DNA of 64,000 nt from Mobula hypostoma (lineage: Eukaryota). Both the position numbers and the translations under genes were made by a program. The notes beneath the pieces are model-generated. The model did not search any database. It saw nothing but the letters and a program-made list of their open reading frames with translations, and was not told where the DNA came from. The stretch spans positions 16,616,001-16,680,000 of the forward strand of contig NC_086117.1 of the NCBI RefSeq assembly GCF_963921235.1. The letters are read 5' to 3'. The first letter of the stretch is position 1; each line of letters starts with the position of its first letter. Of the stretch, positions 10,446 to 23,176 are shown one piece after another.

Positions 10446-10573
10446 GTGTGTCACCAGCCGGGAGAGCCTGAAATGCAGATCATCTTCTTCTTCTTCTTCT
10501 TCTTCTTTTATGGGTGCCAATCACCAAAGAAGAAGAAGATCTGCATTTCAGGCTGTCCTGGCTGGTGACACAC
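10446..10573. repeat. Inverted repeat / hairpin with a (TTC)n-(GAA)n inner stem
   Basis: 36-bp arms GTGTGTCACCAGCC...AAATGCAGATC with 2 differences enclose (TTC)n and (GAA)n tracts. Confidence 0.85.
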
Positions 10574-11088
10574 ACAGAGTGCTGGAGGAACTCAGCAGGC
10601 CAGGCAGTCTCTATGGAAAAGAGTACAGCTGATGTTTCAGGCCGAGACCCCTCAGCAGGACTGGAGAAAAAAAGATGAGGAGTAGAGTTAAAAGGAGAGG
10701 GGAAGGGAGGGATAAACACAAGGGGATGGGTGAAACCGGGGGAGGGGGAGGGGTGCAGTAAGGAGCTGGGAAATTGATTGGTGAAAGAGTTACAGGGCTG
10801 GAGAAGGGGAAATCTAATAGGAGAGGAGAGAAGGAAGAAAGAAAAGAGGGGAGGAGCACTGGAGGGAGGTGATGGACAGGCAAGAAGATGAGAGAGGGAA
10901 AAGGGGATGGGGAATGGTGAAGGGTGGGGTGGGGGAGCATTACCAGAGGTTTGAGAAATTGATGTTCATGTCATCAGCTTGGAGGCTACCCTGACAGAGT
11001 ATATAGTGTTGTTCCTCCAACTTGAGTGTGGCTTCATCATGACGGTAGATGAGGCCATGCATAGGCATATTGGAGTGGGAATGGGAAG
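10570..11088 (-). mobile_element. PLE 3' fragment (GIY-YIG tail plus terminus, degenerate hammerhead at 10626-10663)
   Basis: Homologous to 5255-5830. The hammerhead core is mutated to CUGCUGA. Confidence 0.8.
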
Positions 11089-11199
11089 GTACTTACAAGA
11101 TAGGTAGCTTCTCATCGTCTCATGTTATATTTGAACTTGGGTCTCCAAAGTAACTCCTCAGGGTCTCAGTTTTAATTACTAGCTTTTTTCGTCTACATC

Positions 11200-11460
11200 A
11201 AAACATACAAAGGAAACATAGTTTGTGTCAACGACACAACACAGTCTGAGGAGTCCTGCCCTGCACCAGCAGCAACATAATACACCCCCAATTTACTAAT
11301 CCTTACTTGTATGTCTTTGGAATGTGGGAGGAAACAGGAGCACCCGGAGAAAACTCACACAGTCTCGACAAGAATTTACAAACACCTTACAGATAGCAGC
11401 ATAAATTGAACCCCGATCTTGCAGCTGGTAAAGAGTCACACTAACCTCTACACTACCGTA
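11200..11460 (-). mobile_element. tRNA-derived SINE (V-SINE/HE1-like)
   Basis: Minus-strand A/B boxes (GGTAGTGTAGAGG, GGTTCAATT) and the conserved central TTTCTCCGGGTGCTCCTGTTTCCTCCCAC motif. Confidence 0.65.
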
Positions 11461-11566
11461 TTATCTAGTAACTTCACCATTTCACCAGCATTATGCCCTC
11501 TGCAACGTTTTCTTTTCATGCCTTTGACACTACCTGTTCTGAATTAACAGATCCATTTTGAGAATT

Positions 11567-14500
11567 CCATATCCATAAGACCATAAGACAAAGGAGCAGA
11601 AGTCAGCCATTCGGCCCATCGAGTCTGCTCTGCCATTTTATCATGAGCTGATCCATTCTCCCATTTACTCCCACTCCCCCACCTTCTCACCATAATCTTT
11701 GATACCCTGGCTACTCAGACACCTATCAATCTCTGCCTTAAATGCACCCAATGACTTGGCCTCCACTGCTGCCCGTGGCAACAAATTCCATAGATTCACC
11801 ACCCTCTGACTAAAAAAATTTCTTTGCATTTCTGTTCTGAATGGGCGCCCTTCAATCCTGAAGTCATGCCCTCTCGTACTAGACTCCCCCATCATGGGAA
11901 ACAACTTTGCCACATCCACTCTGTCCATGCCTTTTAACATTCGAAATGTTTCTATGAGGTCCCCCCTCATTCTTCTAAACTCCAAGGAATACAGTCCAAG
12001 AGCGGACAAACGTTCCTCATATGTTAACCCTCTCATTCCCGGAATCATTCTAGTGAATCTTCTCTGTACCCTCTCCAACGTCAGCACATCCTTTCTTAAG
12101 TAAGGAGACCAAAACTGCCCACAGTACTCCAAGTGAGGTCTCACCAACACCTTATAGAGCCTCAACATCACATCCCTGTTCCTATACTCTATTCCTCTAG
12201 AAATGAATGCCAACATTGCATTCGCCTTCTTCATTACCGACTCAACCTGGAGGTTAACCTTAAGGGTATCCTGTACGAGGACTCCCAAGTCCCGTTGCGT
12301 CTCAGAACTTTGAATTCTTTCCCCATTTAAATAATAGTCTGCCCGTTTATTTCTTCTGCCAAAGTGCAAGCCATACACTTTCCAACATTGTATTTCATTT
12401 GCCACTTCTTTGCCCATTCTTCCAATCTATCCAAGTCTCTCTGCAGACTCTCCGTTTCCTCAGCACTACTGGCCCCTCCACCTATCTTTGTATCGTCAGC
12501 AAACTTAGCCACAAAGCCATCTATTCCATAATCCAAATCGTTGATGTACAATGTAAAAAGAAGCGGCCCCAATACGGACCCCTGTGGAACACCACTGGTA
12601 ACCGGCAGCCAACCAGAATAGGATCCCTTTATTCCCACTCTCTGTTTCCTGCCAATCAGCCAACGCTCTATCCACGTTTGTAACTTTCCCAAAATTCCAT
12701 GGGCTCTTATCTTGTTAAGGAGCCTCATGTGTGGCACCTTGTCAAAGGTCTTCTGAAAATCCAAATATACAACATCCACTACATCTCCCTTGCCTAGCCT
12801 ACTGGTAATTTCCTCAAAAAATTGTAATAGGTTTGCCAGGCAGGATTTTCCTTTAAGGAATCCATGCTGAGTTCTGCCTATCTTGTCATATGCCTCCAGG
12901 TACTCTGTAACCTCATCCTTAACAATCGACTCCAACAACTTCCCAACCACCGATGTCAAGCTAACAGGTCTGTAATTTCCTTTTTGTTTCCTTGCCCTCT
13001 TCTTAAATAGCGGAGTGACATTTGCAATCTTCCAGTCCTCCGGAATCATGCCAGACTCTATCGACTTTTGAAAGATCATCGCTAATGCCTCCGCAATCTC
13101 CACAGCTACTTCCTTCAGAACACGCGGGTGCATTCCATCTGGTCCAGGAGATTTATCTACCTTTAGACTATTCAGCTTTCTGAGTACTTTTTCTGTCGTA
13201 ATTGTGACTGCTCACACTTCTCTTCCCTGCCACCCTTGAGTGTCCGGTATACTGCTGATGCTTTCCTCAGTGAAGACTGATGCAAAATACTCGTTCAGTT
13301 CCTCTGCCATCTCCTTATCTCCCATTACAATTTCTCCAGCATCATTTTCTATCGATCCTATATCTATTCTCACCTGTCTTTTACTCTTTGTATACTTGAA
13401 AAAGCTTTTAGTATCCTCTTTGATATTATTTGCTAGCTTCCTTTCATAGTTAATCTTTTCCCTCTTAATGATCTTCTTAGTTTCTTTTTGTAAGGTTTTA
13501 AAAACTTCCCAGTCCTCTGTCTTCCCACTAATTTTTGCTTCCTTGTATGCCCTCTCCTTTGCTTTAACTTTGGCTTTGACTTCTCTTGTCAACCACGGTT
13601 GCATCCTTTTTCCATTCGAAAATTTCTTCTTTTTTGGAATATACCTGTCTTGCACATTCCTCATTTCTCGCATAAACTCCAGCCACTGCTGCTCTGCCGT
13701 CCTTCCCGCCAGTGTCTCTTTCCAGTCAACTTTGGCCAGTTCCTCTCTCATTCCACTGTAATTTCTTTTACTCCACTGAAATACCGACAGATCAGATTTC
13801 GGCTTCTCTTTTTCAAATTTCACAGTGAACTCAATCATGTTATGATCACTGTCTCCTAAGGGTTCCTTCACCTCATTCTCTCTAATCACCTCCGGTTCAT
13901 TACACAATACCCAATCCAGTACAGCTGATCCCCTCGTGGGCTCAACAACAAGCTGTTCTAAAAAGCCATCTTGCAGATATTCTACAAATTCTCTCTTGAG
14001 ATCCAGTGCCGACCTGATTTTCCCAATCCACTCGCATGTTAAAATCCCCCACAATTATCATAACACTGCCCTTCTGACAAGCCTTTTCTATTTCCTGTTG
14101 TAATTTGTAGTCCACATCACTGCAGCTGTTTGGAGGCCTATAAATAACTGCCATCAGGGTCCCTTTACCCCTGCGATTTCTTAGCTCAACCCATACAGAT
14201 TCTGCACCTTCCATAGTCATAGTCATACTTTATTGATCCCAGGGGGAAATTGGTTTTCGTTACAGTTGCACCATAAATAATAAATAGTAATAGAACCATA
14301 AATAGTTAAATAGTCATATGTAAATTATGCCAGTAAATTATGAAATAAGTCCAGGACCAGCCTATTGGTTCAGGGTGTCTGACCCTCCAAGGGAGGAGTT
14401 GTAAAGTTTGATGGCCACAGGCAGGAATGACTTCCTATGATGCTCTGTGTTGCATCCTGGTGGAATGAGTCTCTGGCTGAATGTACTCCTGTGCCCACCC

Positions 14501-15230
14501 AGTACATTATGTAGTGGATGGGAGTCATTGACCAAGATGACATGCAACTTAGACGGCATCCTCTTTTCAGACACCGCCGTGAGAGAGTCCAGTTCCACCC
14601 CCACAACATCACTGGCCTTTCAAATAAGTTTGTTGATTCTGTTGGTGTCTGCCACTCTCAGCCTGCTGCCCCAGCACACAACAGCAAACATGATAGCACT
14701 GGCCACCACAGACTCGTAGAACATCCTCAGCATCATCTGGCAGATGTTAAAGGACCTCAGTCTCCTCAGGAAATAGAGACGGTTCTGACCCTTCTTGTAG
14801 ACAGCCTCAGTGTTCTTTGACCAGTCCAGTTTATTGTCAATACGTATCCCCAGGTATTTGTAATCCTCCACCATGTCCACACTGACCCCGATCCTATATC
14901 ACCTCTTTCTAATGATTTAATATCATTTCTTACCAATAAATCCACACCTCCCCCTCTGCCTACCTTCCTATCCTTCCATACACCGTGTATCCTTGGGCGT
15001 TCAGCTCCCAGAGACATGCATCCTTTAGCCACGTCTCAGTGACGGCCACAATATCATACGTGCCAATCGGTAGCTGTACGACAAGATCATCCACCTTATT
15101 CCTTATGCTGCGTGCATTTGAGTATAACACCTTAAGACCAGTATTTGGTACTTTTCATTTTGATTTCACTGCAACTTTATTGCACTGCAACTCATCCCAA
15201 TGGCTACAAATTTGCCCCATCACCTGCCTA
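11567..15230 (-). mobile_element. CR1-clade LINE (ORF2 endonuclease and RT, frameshifted), interrupted by a Rex-type insertion
   Basis: ORFs 13942-14226, 13212-14054, 12327-13133 ([22 protein letters not shown]) and 11665-12417, with a 3' (TCTTATGG)-type tail. Confidence 0.92.
14213..14887 (-). mobile_element. Rex1/Babar-type LINE 3' fragment nested in CR1
   Basis: YKYLGIRIDNKLDW...RLYFLRRLRSF RT C-terminus and a (TATGAC)n tail. The CR1 sequence resumes seamlessly on both sides (gcaccttc|cgatcc). Confidence 0.85.
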
Positions 15231-15921
15231 AATATCTTTTTGGCTTTGAAGATAATAGATTTCTTAGATCTGTACCACTAATACCTTTCAAAGAAATTCA
15301 GCCAAAAAAGACTATTGGTTGATTAATTTACACTGTGCCTTTTGATACTCCAAACCAAACTTGTGATGTGATTGATAGGATATTATGAAATAGGCTCACT
15401 GGTAAATCTACGCTACCTCCAGAACCTATGTCCCTCCTTGCTCCTCTGTTCAAGGAAAGTTTAATTTACTGTTACCTGTTCTGGGTAACTTCAAATCAGA
15501 TTCCATTGGGCTAGTAACCAATATTTACTTCAGCACTACTGACAAAGTTACTGAGATTGGCAAGAACTCTTGTTGTGGGAGATAGGAAATTTGTGATTTT
15601 AATTGATTGTAAAATTGTTGCAAAGTAGACAGAAATTTGCACATGACTATAGGGTAATGTTCTATTTATCAAAACCTGCATGACTGTATAATAAAATGAT
15701 ACCTACAAACTTGGAAGTAAAGTCCAAGGAAGAGTAAACATTTATTCTAAAATTTTTTAAATGTTGCAAATACATTCCAATGAAGGGTCCTTGACCTGAA
15801 TGGGTTCATGGTAATGTAGCACGGAAACAGGCACTTTGGCTAGGTAGCCCACACTGACCAAAATGTCTGTCCAAGCTAATTCCCTTTGCCAATGTTTATC
15901 CATAACTGTCTAACCCTTTCC

Positions 15922-17705
15922 TATAAGACCGTAAGACAGAGGAGCAGAATTAGGCTATTCAGCCCATCAAGTCTTCTTTGTCATTCTTTTCATGGCTGAT
16001 CCCAGATTCCACTCAACCCCATACACCTGTCTTCTCACCATATCCTTTGATGCCCTGATCAATCAGGAAACGATCAGCTTCTGCCTTAAATAAATGCACA
16101 GACTTGGCCTCCACTGCAGTGTGTGGCAGAGCATTCCACAGATTTACTACTCTAAAAAACAAAATTCCTCACCTCTGTTCTATAGGGTCATTCCCCAATT
16201 TTGAGGCTGTGCCCTCTAGTTCTGGATACCCCCACCATAGGAAACATCCTCTCTACGTCACCTTATCTAGCCCTTCAACATTTGGTAGGTTTCAGTGAGA
16301 TCCACCCACATTCTTCTAAATTCCGGTGGGTACAGGCCCAAAACCGCCAAACACTCTTCATATGTTATCCCCTTCATTCCTAGAATCATCCTCATGAACC
16401 TCCTCTCAACTCTCTCCAATGACAACACATCCTTTCTGAGATGTGGGACCCAAAACTGTTGACAATACTCCAAGTGCAGTGTGACTAGTGTCTTATAAAA
16501 GCTCAGCATTATCTCCCTTGTTTTTATATTCTGTTCCCCTTGAAATAAATGCCAACATTGCATTTGCCTTCTTTACCACAGACTCAACCTGTAAGTTAAC
16601 GTTCTGGGAGTCTTGCATGAGGACTCCTATGTCCGTCTGTACCTCTGATGTTTGAATCTTCTCCCCATTCAGATAAGTCCACACTATCGTTCCTTTAACC
16701 AAAATGCATTTTCATACATTTCTGAACACTGTATTCCATCTGCCATGTTTTTGCCCATTCTTCCAATACATCTAAGTCCTGCTGCAATTGCATTGCTTCC
16801 TCAGCACTACCTACCCCTCCACCTATCTTTGTATCATCTGCAGATTTTGCCACAAAGATATCAATTCCATTATCTAAATCACTGACAAACAATGTGAAAA
16901 GCAGCGGTCCCAATACTGACCCCAGAGGAACACCACTAGTAACTGGCAGCCAACCAGAAAAAGCCTGTTTTATTCCCACTCGCTGCCTCCTGCCTGCCAG
17001 CCATTCTGTTATCCATGCCAGTGTCTTTCCTGTAATGCCATAGAATTTTATCTTGTTAAGCAGCCACGTGTGGCACCTTATCGAATGCCTTCTGAAAATT
17101 CAGGTAAATGACACCCACTGTCTCTTTGTCCACCCTGCTTGTCACTTCCTCGAAGAACTCTAATAGATTTGTCAGGCAAGATTTCCCTTTACAGAAACCA
17201 TGCTGATTTTGATTTATTTTATCATTAGTCTCCAAGTATCCCAAAAACTTATCCTTAATAAGACTCCAACACTTTCCCAACCAATGAGGTTAGGCTAACT
17301 GGCCTATAATTTCCTATCTTTTGTCTTCCTCCCTTCTTCAGGAGTGGAGTGACATTTGCAATCTTCCAGTCCTCCAGGACCATGCCAGAATCAAGTGATT
17401 CTTGAAAGATCATTACCATTGCATCCATTATCTCTTCAGCAACCTCTCTCAGGACCCTGGGATGCAGTCCATCTGGCCCAGGTGACTTATCCACCTTAAG
17501 ACCTTTGAGTTTGCCTCGCACTTTTTCCTTTGTAATAGTAATTGCACTTACAACTGCTCCCTCACACTCACAGACCTCTGGCACACTACTGGTATCTTCC
17601 ACAGTGAAGACAGATGCAAAGTACCCATTGAGTTCATCTGACTGCTAGCTCACTGGCATCATTCTCCAGTGGTCTAATATCAACTCTCACTTCCCACTTA
17701 CTCTT
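15922..17705 (-). mobile_element. CR1-clade LINE, 5'-truncated and degenerate
   Basis: RT fragments 17255-17602 (KSPGPDGLHPRVL), 17056-17280, 16695-16979 and 16267-16702, plus a CR1 tail. Confidence 0.9.
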
Positions 17706-19598
17706 ATTCACATACCTATGCAAATTGATTTTAAAAGTTCTTATTGTACATACCTCAACTACCTTCTCTGGCAGTTCATTCTATATACACAACATAGTTT
17801 GTTCCATGCACCTTAAAACTATGCCTTGTGGTTCTTGATTTCCCAAACCCGGAGGAAAAAGACTGAGTGCATTCATCCAATATATTACCCTCATGAATAA
17901 GCTCATCTCTGTCTTCTTTGCTCCATGGAATAAAGTCCAAGCCTTTCCAACCTCTCCTTATAGCTCTGTCCCTAAAAAGTTGCTAGTAAATCTATCATCT
18001 TTCCTACGGCAGGGGACTAAAACTGAACATAATAGTCCAAGCACGGCCTCATCAGTCATTTTATTCAACTACACCTTAACCTTCCACTTTTATACTCAAT
18101 GCCCTAACTAATGTAGACTAGTGTACCAAAAAGTTCCCTTTGTCCCATGTACCTCAACTTCAATTTTCAGATAAATTGGTCCCCTTAAACGGAAAAGAAC
18201 AGTATAGCTGAAAGTGAAATATCAACTCTGTTCCTCTCCACATGAAAATCTGCATGACCTGCAGCATAATTACAGTACTTTTTGCTATCATTCACAAATG
18301 CATTAATTTTGCAGGATTTGAAACTGTGCTTACGAGATTTAATAAAATAACACTAAAATAAATTGCAAAAGTCAAAGTAAACTTTTTAATGTATTTATTT
18401 ATTATTAAAATGTGCACACAGTTAAAATTTCAAATGATATACATTCTGATAGTTTAATACATTTAAGACTACCAAATAAAATGAATAATCTTTAATCTGG
18501 TTGGGTATCAGAATACTCTTAAAGGCAGGAAATTCACCTAAATATGCACAAGAGTGTTAGTTGCTGGTCGAATGAGTATCAGCACGAATTCCAGTAATCA
18601 GCCTATATGAGATTAAGTTAATGCTGGAAATCTTGAACTTTTATTCCTTCTTTGACAATCCTCTCTATGAGGTTGGAAAATGAGGCAACAATATTCCTAC
18701 ACAATAGTGTGTACTGTGTATTTTATCCAGTGAAGGGCTGAACCTGGCAACATCCTAATTAACTTGGTTCCCCTGTAAACAGGATATTAATGACTATACC
18801 TAATTTTACATAATCAAAAGTATTGTTTATGTCCTATGATTTATTAAACTCTAGACAGCGCAACAGTATGTTTTCAATTTTTACAGTTTAATCCAAGTTT
18901 CCCATATCCATTTTTACAAACTTTTGAACCATTGGCTTTTTTTTGATCATTTGAAGAGAATGGTAAATGCAGCGTGGTGCATTAAATTTCCAGAAATGCT
19001 CTCTAAAACTAGACTATGAGAAGTTATTTTGTAGATTACTATAAGGGACTTGTAGTAATTTATAGACCATTAAATGTAATATAATGGACTTATAGACCAT
19101 TATATGTTAGAGGAAACAGTCATCTTAAAAGTGGAATGTGTGAACTGGGAATAAGAAAGGTGTCAGACAACAATGTAGTGAGGCTGTGAAGGCATTTGTA
19201 GATAATATTTAAAATTTGAAGTAAATGTGTTGGATTACAAAAAGTCAGCATAATTATAAAAATGTTTGGGAAGGGTTTACACATCAAAGCTGTGCTTGAT
19301 TTCAGAGGTTATGACTGGATCCAAGAGACAATTATACAAAGCATAGTAAAATTGACTGGAATGGTTATTCACTGAAATGGGGTCAGTGGTGGAGTATTTA
19401 GTTGGGGAAGGCAATTACATTCACAAATAATACATCAATATACACTTTTTAAGACTTTGGATAAATTTGGAAGACCGGTATTCTTAGTGTGCACCATCAC
19501 ATAAAGAGCTTTGTCCATGATTTCAATATTTTCACAAAAGTTAAAATGACAATAGCATTGTTTTGCCTTTAGAATTTACAGCTAGGTTAATCTGTAAT

Positions 19599-19955
19599 TT
19601 GGGTGTCTCTACTCAAGGAGGTGTTAGGTGCCCATTTCCTCCGCCAGCCTTCAGGCAAGGTATAGCACCTGCTTATCCCTCCGATCAGGGTCACGTGAAG
19701 CCATGGGAGTCAGTGGTGGATGGTCATATGAGCAGCAGGTGCATATCACAAGTCCTGGTTATGCAACCACTGATGCCAGGCAGACAATGTTTGAAAAGTA
19801 TTGATAAATGGTTGGGATCGCATATCTTGTAAAGACACTGTCCAGAAGAAGGCAGTGGCAAACTACTTCTGAAGAAAAATTTGCCAAGAACAATCACGGT
19901 CATCGAAAGACCACGATCGCCTACGTCATACAACACAGTACATAACGAACAAACA
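19599..19955 (+). mobile_element. Non-autonomous retroposon (RTE-related SINE-like) with 10-bp TSD
   Basis: TSD AATCTGTAAT at 19589-19598 and 19956-19965. It has an (RAAC)n tail and an RTE-like 3' motif GAAGGCAGTGGCAAACTAC...TTGCCAAGAAC. Confidence 0.65.
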
Positions 19956-20181
19956 AATCTGTAATGTTAGGACCACACTGTGTAAGCAACAGAAAATTTG
20001 AAACATTACAACAATTCTTGATAGGGACCTTAATATGAAACATTGCCTGGTTCACATTAAATCTAAGAAACAGGACCGAGCACTTATTACCAATTATGGT
20101 CTGAAAGCTTTGGGAGAACTTTGAAATAAAATGATGGAGTTAAACAGCATGTCTACCAAGATATGGAAAATAATATGCATT

Positions 20182-20545
20182 TGGTGGCCACTTTATTAGT
20201 TAAATCTGCTTGTTAATGCAAATATCTAATCAGCCTATCATGTGGCAGCAACTCAATGCATAAGTGGTCAAGAGGCTCAGACCAACATCACAAGGGGGAA
20301 GATGTGATCTAAGTGACTTTGACTGCGAAATGGTTGTTGATGCCAGATGAGTTGGTTTTAGTATCTCAGGAACTGCTGATCTCCTGGAATTATCATGCAC
20401 AACCATCTCTAGAGTTTACAGAGAATGGTGTGAAAAACAATTTAAAAAAAGTGAGCAGCTATTTCTGTGGGTGAAAACACCATGTGAATGAGGGAGGTCA
20501 GAAAGGAATGGCCAGGCTGGTTCAAGCTAATAGGAAGGTGACAAT
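20182..20545 (+). mobile_element. Tc1-like DNA transposon relic (5' end and paired-like HTH)
   Basis: Translates to CDLSDFDCEMVVDAR*VGFSISGTADLLELSCTTISRVYREWCEK, typical of vertebrate Tc1 transposase N-termini. Confidence 0.7.
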
Positions 20546-22198
20546 GAACTCATTTGCTAGGGGCAGCCTGCAAGTGTTGACATGCTTTGGCACCAATATA
20601 GCATCTCCACAACTTACTAACCCTAACTTATATGTCTTTGGAATGTGGGAGGAAACCAGAGCAGCTGACGGAAACCCCTCTGGTCATGGGAAGAATGCAT
20701 AAACTCCTTACAGAGAGCAGTGGGAATTGAACCCCGGTTGCTATTGACTGGTGCTGTAAAGTGTGGCACTAACCACTGCTCCACTTGGCCTACTATATGC
20801 TAAGTAGCTATGGGAGTTTGGGCTTTAATAGATGGTGGCTAGTGTATCCACTGAGATGAGGACAGAAGCCCAGAAAGGAAAGAGTCAGAGTTGGACATTA
20901 TGAAGATGACAACAGGATGGAAATTTCCAGAAAAAGTTATTAAGTTTTCTAGCTCTGCATGAAGTGTAGGAAGCAGACCAGTCATTTGGAAGATCCCACT
21001 CTCCCATCTCACTATCCACTACATTGATGGATAATGATTTGGGAGAGTGGGATCAAAACAAAATCTGTTTCACAGATCCCACAAAGATAGGCATAGCATG
21101 GGTCCATGCAAGTGACTATAGCTCTAACTTTGATCTGGTGAAAGTGAATTGAGATGAATAAATTGTTTAATGTGAGGACAGATTCAACCAGAAGAACGAG
21201 TACAGTGGTGGAGAGAAATCCCTTATGACTTCGTTCAATGAAAAATTGGAGAGCTTCTTTGTTCTGTTCACCTCCCTCCCACCTTTTTCTGCAACTTTAA
21301 ACTTGTCTCATACTGATTTTTTCCAATACTAATATGTCTATTGAACTGAAAAATCAATTCCACTTATGCTGCCCAACCTATTGAGCATCATTGGCATTTT
21401 TAACAATTTATTTCAGATTGCCTACATTTACTTTTGGATTAAAAAAACAAATGGGTACATAGACATTCAAATGGTTCATTTTGATATCAGAGAATGCATA
21501 CAGTATTCAACTTGAAATTCATACTCTTTGCAGAGGCATCCATGAAACAAGAACCCCCATAGAATGAATCATAGTAACATAGAACCCCGAAGCCCCCTCT
21601 TCTCCCCTTACACGCACAAGCAGCAGCATTGACCCTTTCCCTCGCCCCCACTTGCACCAACAGAAGCACTACCCCACCCTGCAAGCAATAGCAGAAGCCC
21701 ACAAAGAGACCTTGATCTAGAGTCCATCAAAAAACTGCATTGTACCAGAGAATAGCTACATTGTTATACTATCAAAAAGATTTGGCTGCATGCCCCTAAC
21801 ATGATTTAGTAACAGTCATTGGTTGAAGAAACATGAACTCTGTTCTAATCTGGAAACCAGCTACACTTCACTGAGGACCTTGAACTGCAAGTGCCTGGGA
21901 GTTACCAACCTACAGGGCAATGGTAATGTGCCAAATCAAATCTCACCTACACTTAATATGTGTTGGAACCTGGAGCTTTTGGTTGTCTGTCTCTCTACCA
22001 CCCTCTATGGGATTGTATTCTAATGTATCCCAATTGGTTAATCTCTACTATCTCTGCACATTCAGGAATAAAAAAAATTAATTGAATTTAAAAAGTCCAC
22101 CATTTTAATTTTAATTAGTGTTTCTGCTGGCACAGTTAGGAATAAAAATCAAGATGAATTTTAGAAAATTACATTAGTAACATGCACTTTTCAGAATA

Positions 22199-22472
22199 GG
22201 GTGGCATGGTAGTGTAGTGGTTAGCAGAATGCTTAACTGTACAAGCGACCCGGGTTCAATTTTCGTTGCTATAAGGAGTTTGTATGTTCTCCCTGTGACC
22301 GCGTGGGTTTTCTCTGGATGCTCTGGTTTCCTCCCAAAGACTACCAGTGGTAGGTTAATTGGTCATTGTAAGTTGTCTTGTAATTAGGCTAGGATTAAAT
22401 CAGGGGATTGCTGGGTGGCAAGGCTTGAAGAGCCAGAAGGGCCAATTCCGTGCTGTATCTCAATAAATAAAA
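22199..22472 (+). mobile_element. tRNA-derived SINE (V-SINE/HE1-like)
   Basis: A box TGGTAGTGTAGTGG, B box GGTTCAATT, the V-domain-like core, and an (AATA)n tail. Confidence 0.75.
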
Positions 22473-23079
22473 GTTGCCATGTTAGAACTGAGAAATTATA
22501 GTATTTTAATACAATAGCTAAATAACTATAATAACTGAAGCAAGAGAGACACTACACCTTCATATCACCTATGTACCATTTTCAAGTGTTTATCAATTTC
22601 CTTCTCACTCAGCTGATCAACTCTATCACTCACTAAAGAATATCTAAAGAGCAGAGTCTGATTGGAGTCATGGTATCCTGTAACATGGATCCCCACAATG
22701 GTACCTTTTTTATTTTTGAGATTTCTATTTTTATTTTTAATTCCCATTCCCCTCGACCATCATTACTATTAAAAAAAAATGACTTTCTCCACAGTGCTCC
22801 TTACACTTAAGTACTAGAATGCTTATACAATTCAACCTAGTACCAGTTCTCTTTTGGATCTTGATTACACCCATCAATCAAAAATATCTTGCTCCGGCAG
22901 TCAATTGCAAGTCAGACTGGAGCAGACACTAAAAAAAATGCTAAAAGGATCAAACAGTAACAGAGAACAAAGTAATGGCTTGATTTAGTTGGCAGCACTC
23001 TGACATCTAATACATAATCTTCCAGTTCCAATGCTGGATTTAATCATATGGATAAAAAAATGGATGACATTGAAAGGTT

Positions 23080-23176
23080 AACACATACAAAATGCTGGAG
23101 GAACTCAGCAGGTCAGGCAGCATCTATGGTAAGAGTTAAACACTCAACATTTCAGGCTGAGACCCTTCATCAGGAC
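23080..23176 (-). mobile_element. Solo PLE terminus truncated at a hammerhead motif (23143-23176)
   Basis: Minus strand GUC-CUGAUGA-AGG(GUCUCAG)CCU-GAAA-UG-UU-GAG. The core is intact but stem I is weak. Confidence 0.7.

Noticed and set aside
10626-10663. Active hammerhead in this PLE copy (and the remnant at about 15780)
   Set aside because: The core is mutated (CUGCUGA) and stem I is disrupted.
19599-19700. HDV-like ribozyme at the 5' end of the RTE-related element
   Set aside because: I could not assemble a convincing P1/P2/P3/P1.1/P4 nested pseudoknot by eye; this needs a consensus and a descriptor search.
22199-22270. tRNA genes (also at 44.9, 49.0, 11.4 and 20.7 kb)
   Set aside because: A/B boxes are present, but there is no full cloverleaf and each continues into a SINE body and tail.
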